A stretch of 64,000 nucleotides of DNA from a virus. Below are positions 45,383 through 56,535 of this stretch, one piece after another. The stretch is from the IMG/VR virus record IMGVR_UViG_3300032304_000700, positions 25,400 to 89,399 of that record; one strand, given 5' to 3'. A program made the translations under genes and the position numbers. The notes beneath the pieces are model-generated. The model made no database searches and was not told the DNA's origin. It worked only from the letters and a program-made list of their open reading frames with translations. Each line of letters starts with the position of its first letter. Position 1 is the first letter of the stretch.

Positions 45383-48300
45383 TTATTCTACTTCCAAAAT
45401 TGGTTCAGAAGTATTTCTACCCGTTCTATTTACAGTTAATGTATTTGGATTAGATACAAATATTTCAACCGGTGGTGCACCATCCAAAGTAGTTGCTGCA
45501 GTATTTTTTGAACCCTTAAAGAAACTATTTTGCAATCCTTTTGTCAAATCCGATGTATTTCTATAATGTGTTGGTAAATATCCACTCACAGGTTTTACTG
45601 CAATTATATTACCTTGTACATTAGGAATAGTTGAACCACTAAATGGTTGTATATTCAATTTAGTTTCGGTATAAGTTTGAATATCTGAAATATATCCACC
45701 TCTAGGGTCACCCAAACCATTTGCAGATGCCGTTACTGCAAATTTCGTAACCATTCTTTCCTTCTCTTCAGTAATTAATTGAACTCTAATTCTTTCCGTT
45801 ACTCTCCTATTATCTTTGTCAAAATAAGTTCTAATTGCATTACCATCCTGTGCATAAATACCAAATCCAATCATTTCATATGCAGTTTGTCCATATGTCT
45901 CAATTCCTAAATTAAATTCTGTTGTAATTGTTGGTTCATCTAATCCAGCATCTATATTTACTTCTTTTTGATAAGAATCGGCATTTGTAATAGTAGTATC
46001 ATTGTTATCAATTAAACTATCGTATTGATATGAATCGGATATTAAATTTTCAGAAAGATTTGCATCCACTACACTATCGTATTGATTATTTTCAGCAATT
46101 ACATTTTCCGAAAGATTTGCATCAACTATACTTTCGTATTGTGTGTTATCACCACTCAATATAGTTGTATCTTGATAATGTATCGTTACATCTTGTTGAT
46201 ATTCGTCACTTGTTGGTTTCTTTTGTACAATCTTACTTCTTTCTAAAATATGAGGTTCGATTAATAAACCCGTAGTAGCTTTAACTCTTGCAGGTAACAT
46301 TTTTTTAATATCCCCAAACATAGATTTTTCATATAGTTTGATTAAGTTGATATATGCATAAATGTCTCTATTATCATATCTTTGGAAATAATAATGTCTT
46401 AATTCATCTAATCTCTTATAATTTGACCTATATCTATCCGATGGGTCTCCTATATAGTTATCCAAATTTAATCCACCCAAAGATTTTGCAATATCAATAT
46501 TTAACTCTTTTGTAGGAGAGAAAAATAAACCAACTCTATTGGAATCCGTTGGTGCTTGGTCAAATGATTTTTTAGTTGCTCTACTTTTTGAAGATAAATC
46601 GGACACCAATTCTTGTGACTCAAATCTAACTTTATTTGTAGAATATCTAGTAGAACCTGCATCTGGAATTTCCAATACAACGGTTCTATCTATTGCTTCA
46701 AATTGATGTGGATATGTTGATATAGATGTAAATCCACCAACTGAAGCTGATAATAGTGGTTGCACATTCATTGAATACAATGAAGAGGTTGTACCATTTT
46801 CATAGTCATTTCTAGTCAATCCACTCTCAAAGTATATATTTGTATCCACATTTGGCAAAGTTGTATATGTTGCCAAATTTTTAGGATATTCAAAATCTAA
46901 TCTAAAATATAAATCATCAGTAGATGCGGATGTATGGTTTCCGTTAATCATTTCTGGAAAAGAAACGTGTTCAAAGAATCTTTCTTTATCTAATGGAGTT
47001 GACCACAAACGAAACTCATCTACACTACCATTATAATTTCCACCCAATCTAATAGTTGAACCACTTTCCCAATTTGATGATGTTAATGATAAAATAGATG
47101 TTGATTGAAATATAGTTTTTTCTTTATCTGCCTGTCTTAAATTTAAAGACATAGTGACATCACTACCACTTCCAGTTAATCTACTAATTTCAACACCAAA
47201 AAATGAATCGTTAAAAATAGGTAATAAACTTGATGATACAGATTGTGATGCAATATTAAGAATTACATTACCAAATTTAGAATCAGCTGAACCACTTAAT
47301 TTAACATTCCAATTACTTCCGGATATTAGAGTAAAATCACCACTATATGCAGGTTTTACAAATAATTCAATTGTATCTGGTTTTCTATTTTTTTCCGTAT
47401 TTTGCCAATTTAATTGAATATATGAACCACTAACCATTTTTAATGCAGTAGTTATATTTTCAAATTCAAATTTAGTTTTATTCGTATCAGTAACTTCAGG
47501 ACCACCAAACTCTAAAATTGAAAGATTTGATGCAGGTACCCCATAACATGCTAATAATGCATAAACACCTCTTCGTGTACCTTTGTGTTTTAGTAAATAT
47601 GGTATGTTATTTGCAATTCTTCTCCAAACTTCGTATGTTCTTTGTTTAGCCGGATTTGTTTCTTTTATTTTACCATCGGAATCCATACCAAATACATAAT
47701 TCCAAAGTTGTGAATCTGCAGCTAAGTTTTTAGCATCCCAATTAAATGATTTCAATATGTCAAATAATAACTTATCCGAAACATTTTTTGATTTATACCC
47801 CAAACCTCTACTTCTTTCTATTGCCTTTGTATGAAAGTATATATTATCAAAGTGGTGTCCTATCATTGATAAAAATAATAAAACATCTTCATTTTCAGTA
47901 TTATTTACAATATGTTGTGGTATATTATTTATTACATTATCTCTATTTTCTAAATCATAATCGGTAGCTAAATCTATTATGTTATTATACCATTGTGTAA
48001 CAATAGTATCACTACTTGGTAGTCTATTATCACCCGAATATGGCCAAGACATTGACGATGATGTATATAAGAACATATCAAATCCATCAAATCCTTGTAT
48101 AATTTGTTCTTTCTTTATTCTATTTCTTTCAACATCCTGAATGGATGATATTGATGATGTATACGCGGATGATGATGTCGTAAAATTTGCAACATCTGTT
48201 GATGAACTTAATATTAGATGTTCATATCCCTCAATCAATTGTACTTTATATACAAAATTATCAACTCTTTCTTTTGCAGAACTAAAATGTACAAAATTAG

Positions 48301-49993
48301 GCCACTCGTAATTATCAGACCCACTTATGTAGTACTCAATGTTTAAACCATCCGTACTTACTAATGATGAACTCAAATATTGTGAAACCAATCCACTTGA
48401 TGATGAAACCGATGCACTTAGTATCAATTCATCCAACGATTCGTAGTTAGTAGATTTACCTTTTGTAAAATCTATGTCTATATCAAAATTGGGCCCCTTT
48501 AATGGTGGACATATTAAATTCGATTGTTCCGATAAAACTACCGTCTCAATCAATGGATTTGTTAATAATTTAGTAATCCAAAGAGTTGAATTTTCCGTTA
48601 TATTTGCAGGAAGTGGTGAATACAATTTTAATATTAAAGACTCAACCTCTTTAGTAACAATTGTATTTCCTAAAGCATCCTCTCCCTTATCAGATAATGT
48701 AAAATTATCCTCTTCCCATGATGAAATTATTATTTGTTCATCATTACCAAAGTTTGCAAGATGAGTTAAATATTTACTTTCCTTTTCTGGTTCTGTGAAT
48801 TTTACATTTTCAACAAATGCATCAAATAAAGTCTTTTTAAGTATATCTTCATCTAATCTTATACTTGATAATAATAATGATGTTTTTATTTCATATTCAT
48901 TACCAACTAATTCAACTGCACCACTTCTATTATATGGTTTTACGATAAAGGTTACATTATCACTACCAGCCCATGTTGGAAATTTAGTAGTTAAATTTTT
49001 TAAATTTATTTTAACTTTACCATTTGCAGGTAATGACTTAAATAATTTAATTCTACTTTTGTCCTTTGCAATTAAATCAATATCAACCGATGAAGCTGCA
49101 AACGAATTCCATTCTACATCATATTCCAAATTAAAATCTGAAAATGAAGGAACATCTATACTATTAGGAAATATAATTTGAGTAATTGATGGAAAATCAT
49201 TTACACTATTAAAATTAACAATGATATCCGTTTTATTTCCTGTACCATATGCATCACTATATGGGACTACTATTAATTTTTTACTACCATATACACCTGC
49301 AAAATCTTTTTTGAATGATAGGTCAATAAATCCATTAGTTGCAGGAATTCTTATTTTACTATTCGTATTTAAATAAAAATCAACAAAATCGGCATTAGAT
49401 GAGTTAAATGGTATATTAACTATTGTATCTAAATCGGAATCTTTTACATTATAGTCGTATTTTGTACTTGTAATAGATACGATTGGTTGTTCGGATAATA
49501 TTCTCTTTTCCATTACAACCGATACCGCAAATCCACCTGTTAGTAATTCAGTAGCTGGTATTGATATGAATTTGTCACCAACTGTCCACTTCGAAACATC
49601 TTTTGAATTTTTTTCTGCAACTTGTCTGTTTGCATAAAATATTTTTAAAATTTTATAATTAGTCGGAAGTGTTCCTTCTACATAAATTCGTAAAGTTGAA
49701 TTTGTAAGATTTGATTTTAATGTATTTTTACCATCCGTATTATAGTCAGCCAAACTTATAGTATCGGTAGATATTATAGTATCACCAGAAACTATTTCAT
49801 ATTTTAATTTTAATAAATCACCAACTTCATTTTGTAAATTAGATGCAAATACAATCTCATAATTAACTAAATAATCTGCAGTCAATGGTTCGTTTGCCGG
49901 TGTACTACCAGATGGTAGTGGAACAAAACCAATCTCACCACCGGTATTTATACCACCATATCCCAATTCTATATCTTCTTTACTTTCTACCAT
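45383..49993 (-). CDS. Large baseplate wedge protein (gp7/P2 gpI-like motif, LamG-like domain)
   Basis: NNIP..I, FLSMIG.HFD, YLLKHKGTRRGV.ALL.CYG; GSVDEFRLW LamG-like motif; KMLPAR...GLLIEPHILER; late-type motif at 50005-50013. Confidence 0.75.
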   Translation of the reverse strand: MVESKEDIELGYGGINTGGEIGFVPLPSGSTPANEPLTADYLVNYEIVFASNLQNEVGDLLKLKYEIVSGDTIISTDTISLADYNTDGKNTLKSNLTNSTLRIYVEGTLPTNYKILKIFYANRQVAEKNSKDVSKWTVGDKFISIPATELLTGGFAVSVVMEKRILSEQPIVSITSTKYDYNVKDSDLDTIVNIPFNSSNADFVDFYLNTNSKIRIPATNGFIDLSFKKDFAGVYGSKKLIVVPYSDAYGTGNKTDIIVNFNSVNDFPSITQIIFPNSIDVPSFSDFNLEYDVEWNSFAASSVDIDLIAKDKSRIKLFKSLPANGKVKINLKNLTTKFPTWAGSDNVTFIVKPYNRSGAVELVGNEYEIKTSLLLSSIRLDEDILKKTLFDAFVENVKFTEPEKESKYLTHLANFGNDEQIIISSWEEDNFTLSDKGEDALGNTIVTKEVESLILKLYSPLPANITENSTLWITKLLTNPLIETVVLSEQSNLICPPLKGPNFDIDIDFTKGKSTNYESLDELILSASVSSSSGLVSQYLSSSLVSTDGLNIEYYISGSDNYEWPNFVHFSSAKERVDNFVYKVQLIEGYEHLILSSSTDVANFTTSSSAYTSSISSIQDVERNRIKKEQIIQGFDGFDMFLYTSSSMSWPYSGDNRLPSSDTIVTQWYNNIIDLATDYDLENRDNVINNIPQHIVNNTENEDVLLFLSMIGHHFDNIYFHTKAIERSRGLGYKSKNVSDKLLFDILKSFNWDAKNLAADSQLWNYVFGMDSDGKIKETNPAKQRTYEVWRRIANNIPYLLKHKGTRRGVYALLACYGVPASNLSILEFGGPEVTDTNKTKFEFENITTALKMVSGSYIQLNWQNTEKNRKPDTIELFVKPAYSGDFTLISGSNWNVKLSGSADSKFGNVILNIASQSVSSSLLPIFNDSFFGVEISRLTGSGSDVTMSLNLRQADKEKTIFQSTSILSLTSSNWESGSTIRLGGNYNGSVDEFRLWSTPLDKERFFEHVSFPEMINGNHTSASTDDLYFRLDFEYPKNLATYTTLPNVDTNIYFESGLTRNDYENGTTSSLYSMNVQPLLSASVGGFTSISTYPHQFEAIDRTVVLEIPDAGSTRYSTNKVRFESQELVSDLSSKSRATKKSFDQAPTDSNRVGLFFSPTKELNIDIAKSLGGLNLDNYIGDPSDRYRSNYKRLDELRHYYFQRYDNRDIYAYINLIKLYEKSMFGDIKKMLPARVKATTGLLIEPHILERSKIVQKKPTSDEYQQDVTIHYQDTTILSGDNTQYESIVDANLSENVIAENNQYDSVVDANLSENLISDSYQYDSLIDNNDTTITNADSYQKEVNIDAGLDEPTITTEFNLGIETYGQTAYEMIGFGIYAQDGNAIRTYFDKDNRRVTERIRVQLITEEKERMVTKFAVTASANGLGDPRGGYISDIQTYTETKLNIQPFSGSTIPNVQGNIIAVKPVSGYLPTHYRNTSDLTKGLQNSFFKGSKNTAATTLDGAPPVEIFVSNPNTLTVNRTGRNTSEPILEVE
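45965..46205 (-). repeat. 57-nt (19-aa) degenerate tandem repeat
   Basis: tcgtattg at 46020, 46077 and 46134; gaaagatttgcatc at 46053 and 46110; protein QY(D/E)S.(V/I)D.N. Confidence 0.8.
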
Positions 49994-50017
49994 TTATTGT
50001 TTTTTATAAATATTTTA

Positions 50018-51313
50018 TTATCTAATATTTTCTACTCTACCCATTCCACCATCTGTTCTTTCTCTGCCATCATTCGGGTCGTCAAATGGATTTCCACCTC
50101 CTCCTGAGTTGCCACCGCCACTACCAGTTCCACCACCTGGTGCAACATATCCACATGTTGGTGAATTTGATGCAATCAATGATTCATATGAACCACCACT
50201 ACCATCTGCATATTTTCCATATTGGTCATATCCTTTACACAATGTTGAAAGTAATGTACCTTTTACCGGATATGATATTCCCAAATTAGAATCATCAAAT
50301 ACTGCAACTGAACCTGTTGGTGAATAAACATTTACTTTGGTTTCTGTAAATGTGGAAAAAGCTTCTAAATTGTTTTGTATTTGTTTTCTTAATTCTGTAA
50401 TTGCAAATTCTTTTGGTAATTGTTTTACTTCAACACTTCGTCTTTTCAATACTTTTGAATTAATGTCAATACAATTATTTAAAATCTTTTGAATTTCAGA
50501 CAACATCACATTGTAATCATATACTTCAAAATCATCAAATCTAGTTTCAGATTGTTTACCGAAAGTAGATTCCCCAATAATATAATATTTGTTAGTTAAA
50601 TAGTATCCAACTGATAATTTAAAATCTTCAAATATTTTTGTTCTAAAAGTATCAAATTTAGTTAATCCAAAGTCTTTTCTTAAAATTGCAAAAAAATCTT
50701 TACCAAATTTAGTTTCTAAGTATGAATCTATTTTAGTTAAAAAAGAATTTTCATATGCATTTAAAGAATCTAATATAGAAGTTTTATAATATAAAAAATC
50801 TTTATTTAAACTTTTAAGATTTTTAAATTGTCTATTAGTTATTGAATTGATATTAGAATCTTTAGTTTTTAAAGGTAAAATTCTTATCTCATTTCTGGAT
50901 GGTGAAACTTCTTGTATCCAAACTTTTGTCAATTCGTTTTCACTACCAACTTTTTGTTTTACAAAGTTTATATTAACTTTAAGAATTCCATTTTTAAATC
51001 CCAATGCATTCAATAATTTTTCAATATCAATTGCTAACTCTTTTTGGCCACCTTTATTTGTAATATTATAAAGATATTTTTGAATGTCACCTTTTTTAAT
51101 ATATGCAACATTATTCCCCGACTTATGTGGTAACAAATTATTGTTAATATCATAAACCGATACTTCCATAACATCATATCTACTATTACCAAAATCAGAT
51201 TTCTCTATTTCATTTTTGGATAATATAAATAAGTCTTTATCATCAATAAACTTTCCCTCGTTTGTTGAGTTATTATTGATTGAATCAATATTTGTATATT
51301 TTGTAATACTCAT
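50018..51313 (-). CDS. Hypothetical baseplate-region protein
   Basis: IQEVSPSRNEIR motif; Gly-rich C-terminus with a Cys pair. Confidence 0.6.
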   Translation of the reverse strand: MSITKYTNIDSINNNSTNEGKFIDDKDLFILSKNEIEKSDFGNSRYDVMEVSVYDINNNLLPHKSGNNVAYIKKGDIQKYLYNITNKGGQKELAIDIEKLLNALGFKNGILKVNINFVKQKVGSENELTKVWIQEVSPSRNEIRILPLKTKDSNINSITNRQFKNLKSLNKDFLYYKTSILDSLNAYENSFLTKIDSYLETKFGKDFFAILRKDFGLTKFDTFRTKIFEDFKLSVGYYLTNKYYIIGESTFGKQSETRFDDFEVYDYNVMLSEIQKILNNCIDINSKVLKRRSVEVKQLPKEFAITELRKQIQNNLEAFSTFTETKVNVYSPTGSVAVFDDSNLGISYPVKGTLLSTLCKGYDQYGKYADGSGGSYESLIASNSPTCGYVAPGGGTGSGGGNSGGGGNPFDDPNDGRERTDGGMGRVENIR

Positions 51314-51326
51314 AATCTATTTAAAT

Positions 51327-52481
51327 TTAAAAACCTTCATACGATTTAGGATGTGCAACTTTTAATCGAGTTTTAAAATCTTTTGAATCCGAAGTACCAT
51401 CCGCTCTAGTCACCTTTATATTAAGTACACCATCAAAGAATTCAGTATTACCTCTTTTATCAATTAAAAGTTTTTCAGGAGTTTCTATAAAAGTTATTTC
51501 TTCCGTTGAACCTGCAGTTATTTTAAATGATTCTTTTGGAGATTTAAACCAAGCTTGTTCCTTCACAGCTGTAGAAAATAGGGATGTAAGGGTTTCCGTT
51601 CTGAATTTTGTAGTTAAAGTAACAGTTACTGGTTCTAAATCATTATTTATTAATTTTAAATTTCTACCATATACCCATTCTTTTGCTCTATCTCTTGCAT
51701 TCTTAATTTTATAAGCCATTACCGGGTCATTTGCCGAACCTTTTGCTGAGAAGTTTGCGGTTACTATTTTATTGATAATAGCACCACCTTGACTTTGTGC
51801 AGTAGCTTCTAAATCTTTTTGTTGTCTTACTGCACCCAATTGAGCTTGTAAACCTTCAATGATTGCATTTAATGAATTTATTTGTTGAATTAATGCTTCA
51901 ATCTGTGCTTTAAATCCTGTCTTTTGTGATTGTAACGATGCTCTCAAAATGCTTTCATCAACCGACTTTTGTAATGATGTAGAAATTTGACTTGTAAAAT
52001 CTTCTATGGTTGCATTTAAAGTTTCAATTTGGTTAACCAATAAATCATTTGTTTGTTCAATACTTAATCTATTATTTATTTCAGTTTGAACTTGTGCTTG
52101 TAGAGTTGTTATCTGAGTATTTAAATCGGCAATTGTTAGTGTTAATCTTTGCACTTGCTTTCTTAAATCTTCAACCAAATTAACCTGTTCGGTGTATAAT
52201 GGTCTTGGAACTAAATCTAAATTGGCAGTAGGTATATTTGGTAATAATTCTTTAACTTCAACATCAACCGCCTTTACTAATTCTTCATTGTCGTATTTAT
52301 CTTTTGTTAAACCTTTGAAAACCAATGATGATGCAACATTATTGGAATCAACAACATTTATCCCATATTCGTTTCTTGAAATGGCAGCAGAGCCTGACAC
52401 ACTTAATATTTTCTCAAGTGATTCTGATTTAATTTGTTGTATTTTTTCGTTTATAGATTCTACTGATGTCATATTATTCAA
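51327..52481 (-). CDS. Coiled-coil structural protein
   Basis: Long Gln/Leu heptad region followed by a beta-rich C-terminal domain. Confidence 0.6.
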   Translation of the reverse strand: MNNMTSVESINEKIQQIKSESLEKILSVSGSAAISRNEYGINVVDSNNVASSLVFKGLTKDKYDNEELVKAVDVEVKELLPNIPTANLDLVPRPLYTEQVNLVEDLRKQVQRLTLTIADLNTQITTLQAQVQTEINNRLSIEQTNDLLVNQIETLNATIEDFTSQISTSLQKSVDESILRASLQSQKTGFKAQIEALIQQINSLNAIIEGLQAQLGAVRQQKDLEATAQSQGGAIINKIVTANFSAKGSANDPVMAYKIKNARDRAKEWVYGRNLKLINNDLEPVTVTLTTKFRTETLTSLFSTAVKEQAWFKSPKESFKITAGSTEEITFIETPEKLLIDKRGNTEFFDGVLNIKVTRADGTSDSKDFKTRLKVAHPKSYEGF

Positions 52482-53541
52482 TTATTTCAAATATCATTTT
52501 ATCGTCTATAATAGTCGATATCCCACTTTCCTCTATTTTTATTTTTAACTTATAAACTCTATCAGGTGCAATAGAATGTAAATCCATATCAAAATAATTT
52601 GATGTAGAATCACAACTTACTTTAGTATAATCACCAAACGGGAATATTATTTCACCTGTAATATAATCTTCTAATTGATAATAAGTAGAAACTGGTAAAT
52701 ATTTAATTTGTTCGTATGAAAATGTTGTTCCAAATGATTTTGATGGATATGATTCTCTACCTTTTAATCTAATTCTATTTTTACTATTTTTAAAATATTT
52801 GTTTTTTAAATTAGTAATAATAACTTTATAATTATCATCATACAATGAACCCACCACAGGTTCTAAACTTCCTGTATTAAAAGAAAAATCATTATAAACT
52901 ATTTCTAATTTAGGTTCATATATTGTATTGGTTTCTTTTGAAAAAAACTTTAATAAACCATAATCTAATGTATTTGCTTCATTTTCCAAACTGTGGTGTA
53001 TAATAAACCCATTATTTGGTATAGACCCACTAATCCACAACTTAATTATATTGGTCACATCCATCCTAACATCATCAGGTTCATTGTTAAATGATTGAGA
53101 TGCCATAGATGCAGTATACCAAGTACCACCTTCTGCATTTGCAGAACCGGTAGTTCCAGTTGCAAATACCGCAGTACCTGCAATCACATTATCCTGCCAA
53201 CTATCGATTCCATTTCTATATTTCCAACTAACACCATCCGATGTTATGTTATCAAATTTGGTACCCGTACCCATTGTCCAACTTTGAGAAATGGCATTTG
53301 CATAAATTGTGTATTCCAACGGAATTTCTTCTGCATTAGCAGATTTTAAATTTAAGAAAGCTTTCCATCCACTACCAGTTTCAATTGAGTCAATATCAAA
53401 TTTAATTAAACTTCTATTCACATCTTTAGATGCTCCATAATAAAGTTTACCTATTTCTAAAATCTCATCCCTACCAGCATTTTGGTCTGGTTGTTGTAAG
53501 TAAATACTTGCATCGTATGATGATGTATAAAATTTATGCAT
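52474..53541 (-). CDS. DNRLRE-like beta-sandwich virion protein
   Basis: DASIY, N.G.DEILEIG, RSLIKFD, DVTNII..W....NNGFII, FFSKE....PKLEI. Confidence 0.6.
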   Translation of the reverse strand: MHKFYTSSYDASIYLQQPDQNAGRDEILEIGKLYYGASKDVNRSLIKFDIDSIETGSGWKAFLNLKSANAEEIPLEYTIYANAISQSWTMGTGTKFDNITSDGVSWKYRNGIDSWQDNVIAGTAVFATGTTGSANAEGGTWYTASMASQSFNNEPDDVRMDVTNIIKLWISGSIPNNGFIIHHSLENEANTLDYGLLKFFSKETNTIYEPKLEIVYNDFSFNTGSLEPVVGSLYDDNYKVIITNLKNKYFKNSKNRIRLKGRESYPSKSFGTTFSYEQIKYLPVSTYYQLEDYITGEIIFPFGDYTKVSCDSTSNYFDMDLHSIAPDRVYKLKIKIEESGISTIIDDKMIFEIIE

Positions 53542-55553
53542 TATAAAGCCCTCCCTTTTATGTCTTTTGTTGGATATTTAACTTCAAATATTGATGGGTC
53601 TAATGATGGATATACAATCTTACCTTTAGTTGCCTCATCTATGTTGTATCTATTTGGTGAGTAATTTCCATCACCACCACATAAGTTTGAAAGTTTTACG
53701 GATGGTACACTCATTACTCCATCTACATTTGCAAGTATCAATTCTATTTCTGAAATATTGATTGGTTTGTTAAATGTCCAATTATCAATATTAAAGTATT
53801 CTTGTAATTCGGTTAAACAATTTGTTACAACTTCTCTTTTATTATAGTTTGAATAACATATTATTTCAAAATCTACTCCAATGTTTATAATAAATCCGTC
53901 TATGATATTAACACCATCTGTTAACATTCTATATTCGGAAATGTAAGTTTTTAAGTTCTCTTTAACCGCTCTATTTAAGTTTGTTAATTTTTTATTAGAG
54001 TCATATCCTAAAATGTATAGATTAATTGCAAATGGATTATTTACTTCTGAAATTGATGTTTTCTTTTGTGTAAGATATTTAACCAATTCTTTTTGAATAT
54101 TCTCTCTACTACTATCTTTAAGACTATCTACTAAATTTACAAACTCAGTTATGTTTTTAGGATTAGCTAAAATAGATGCTGGTGAGTTATTATCAATTTC
54201 ACCATCGGCACTTACGTATGCTTTAGTTACACTACCATATCTTTCAGGCATCGATAAAGCTCTTACTATATAATCTTCTTTTGTAACCGCTCTATTTTGA
54301 GAACCAAAAGTAGCTAATGCATTTTGTCTAATTTCTTCTATTGTTTCTACACCTCTACCACCAGCTGCAGGTTCTAAGTTTTCAACTGCAACAGATTGTT
54401 TCATTGAGTTATATAAAACTTCATTATCAACAGCTAATAAATCTTCATCATATTCTATTCTAGAAATACTAGTTAAGTCACCCGTATTTACATTAGATTC
54501 TACACCACCACCAACTAAGTATTTTATAGTTAATGTTTTATTTACAGGTGCAATTCCAAATGTATTTGTTTTTAAGAAATTGGATGGGTCTATTCCTTGA
54601 TTTAATCTTTGAATAGAATTAGCCAATCCTAATCCTACATTTTTTGGATTTGGTAAAATGATTTCATCATTCATATTAACATCACCACTTCCAAATTCTA
54701 AATCCAATGTATTGTCGGAATTTACCTTAACGGAAAATCTACGAGGGACTTTTTGTACTTCTAAAATATATGGTACAATTGATGATGATGTATATAAGTC
54801 ACTATTTGATTCGATATTTGGTTTTTCAACAAAAATACTTTCTTGTGCTAAATAAGGTACTTCGTAATATTTTAAATTATCTTGGTCTGCAACCGATGTT
54901 ATACCAATTATATTAGTATCACTCAATGTTGTTGTAGGATAATCCGTTGAATCTCCAAATGTTTTAGTAGTAGTTACTTCCTGTGCAGATATTGCTTTAA
55001 TTCTTTTTGTTAATAGATAAAAAGTTGGATTGCCGGTTACATCTCTTTCAAACACATCAATTTCTCTATCATTTGTATTTGAAAAATCCAAAGAATCTGT
55101 TGTTCTAAATACTATATTTGAATTAGAGGTAGATGCAACTTCCATCCCATCTTTTATTCTCAAACAATAACTTTCGTCTGGAACAACACTTGAACCTGAG
55201 TTTTTAGACGGAATCAATTGATATACCGTCAATATTGTTACTGCAGGTGATGATGTTTTTGGTTTATATCCCATTGTTTGTGCCAATGCAACAACATTTT
55301 TTCTTTCCGTTGCATTTGCCAACATTGATTCTTTTAATTGAACATCTTGATAGAAAGATAATATATCTCCTATAACAGCAGCTTGTTCCAAAAACACCAT
55401 ACCAGGTGATGCTTCGTTGAAATCGGAATATGTGTTTGGGAAATATGTTTTAGTATAATCAATTAGGTTTTCTTTTAAAGTATTAAAATCTTTACCTAAA
55501 TAATTTATATTTTTTTCACTTCCCCAACTTTTTTTAACAGGTTTAATAGCCAT
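53541..55553 (-). CDS. Baseplate wedge protein (T4 gp6 / P2 gpJ-like)
   Basis: YL.KDF..LK..L, YSDFNEASPG, LEFGSG, AAGG...ETIEEIR, QNRAVTKEDY. Confidence 0.92.
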   Translation of the reverse strand: MAIKPVKKSWGSEKNINYLGKDFNTLKENLIDYTKTYFPNTYSDFNEASPGMVFLEQAAVIGDILSFYQDVQLKESMLANATERKNVVALAQTMGYKPKTSSPAVTILTVYQLIPSKNSGSSVVPDESYCLRIKDGMEVASTSNSNIVFRTTDSLDFSNTNDREIDVFERDVTGNPTFYLLTKRIKAISAQEVTTTKTFGDSTDYPTTTLSDTNIIGITSVADQDNLKYYEVPYLAQESIFVEKPNIESNSDLYTSSSIVPYILEVQKVPRRFSVKVNSDNTLDLEFGSGDVNMNDEIILPNPKNVGLGLANSIQRLNQGIDPSNFLKTNTFGIAPVNKTLTIKYLVGGGVESNVNTGDLTSISRIEYDEDLLAVDNEVLYNSMKQSVAVENLEPAAGGRGVETIEEIRQNALATFGSQNRAVTKEDYIVRALSMPERYGSVTKAYVSADGEIDNNSPASILANPKNITEFVNLVDSLKDSSRENIQKELVKYLTQKKTSISEVNNPFAINLYILGYDSNKKLTNLNRAVKENLKTYISEYRMLTDGVNIIDGFIINIGVDFEIICYSNYNKREVVTNCLTELQEYFNIDNWTFNKPINISEIELILANVDGVMSVPSVKLSNLCGGDGNYSPNRYNIDEATKGKIVYPSLDPSIFEVKYPTKDIKGRAL

Positions 55554-55556
55554 TTA

Positions 55557-55994
55557 TTAATTATTTATACTAACATTTAGTGTTTCACTTAATGATGGAT
55601 TTGACTTTAATGAAAATTTTACTTCTAAAGTAATTCTATTTGCATCTATATCATTTTCATCATAATCAAATATTATATTATCTACATTTATATAAGGTAA
55701 CCAAATATTTACTGCATCTAATATAGAATTTTCAATATCAGTTGCAATAGATTCTTCAACAATTTGTTCAAAGATTAAATTATGAATATCACAACCAAAG
55801 TCAGGTTGCATTTCTCTTTCACCTTTTTTAGTTAGTATTAAATTTACTAAATTATCTTTTGCTTGTGTTAGAGTAGTGTAATTAACCGCAAATATACCAT
55901 TAGAATTAGATTTCCTACCGAAACCAATTCCTAATGATTTATAATCGTTTTCCGATAAATCATTTACATTAATTCTACCTAACTCTATTGCCAT
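55557..55994 (-). CDS. Baseplate protein gp25/GPW-like
   Basis: NL.NLILTKKGER.MQPDFGC.I..LIFE, WLPYI. Confidence 0.92.
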   Translation of the reverse strand: MAIELGRINVNDLSENDYKSLGIGFGRKSNSNGIFAVNYTTLTQAKDNLVNLILTKKGEREMQPDFGCDIHNLIFEQIVEESIATDIENSILDAVNIWLPYINVDNIIFDYDENDIDANRITLEVKFSLKSNPSLSETLNVSINN

Positions 55995-55997
55995 TTA

Positions 55998-56489
55998 TTA
56001 AAATCGTTTAACTAATTCTGAATAATTTCTCGTCAATGCTTTTATTGTTGCATCTTGTAATCCATCACCGGTTGATTCAAAATTTGGAACATTTGATGGC
56101 ACATTTACCTCTCTAAAATCCATTGTTTCCCACTCACTTTCATCAACTCTTAATTCTGGTTTAATCATATCCAATACACTTCCAACCGCTTGAGCTCCCT
56201 CTTTTCTTTGTTCTGCAGTAAATGGTTGTGTCATATTCAAAATCTCATTTATCATTGGGTCTTTTGAAAATTCCCTTGCAGGTTTTTGTGTTTGTTGAAT
56301 TGATTGTTGTTTTTTAATAGGTGCAACTGGAACCTCCGTCATCTCTCTTAAAGATGGTGTTGATTTATTTTGTGAGTTTAATGTAACTGCACCAGATTTG
56401 ATAAGCTTAGTTATTTCCTCTTTAACTTGTTGCTTAACTTCGTTTTTAACAACTTCTTTAATTAAAGTTAGTAAAATTTCTGATTTCAT
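55998..56489 (-). CDS. Hypothetical protein
   Basis: ORF track; LIKEVVKNEVK leader; ATATTTATT at 56514-56522. Confidence 0.6.
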   Translation of the reverse strand: MKSEILLTLIKEVVKNEVKQQVKEEITKLIKSGAVTLNSQNKSTPSLREMTEVPVAPIKKQQSIQQTQKPAREFSKDPMINEILNMTQPFTAEQRKEGAQAVGSVLDMIKPELRVDESEWETMDFREVNVPSNVPNFESTGDGLQDATIKALTRNYSELVKRF

Positions 56490-56535
56490 AATAATTGTTT
56501 ATATATGTTTAGTAATAAATATTTGATTTAATAAT

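Noticed and set aside
4875-50013. Canonical T4 late promoters TATAAATA firing on the plus strand
   Set aside because: They would point away from the adjacent start codons into the 3' ends of upstream genes; the plus-strand RHH gene carries the motif in the opposite orientation, consistent with ATATTTATA being the sense form.
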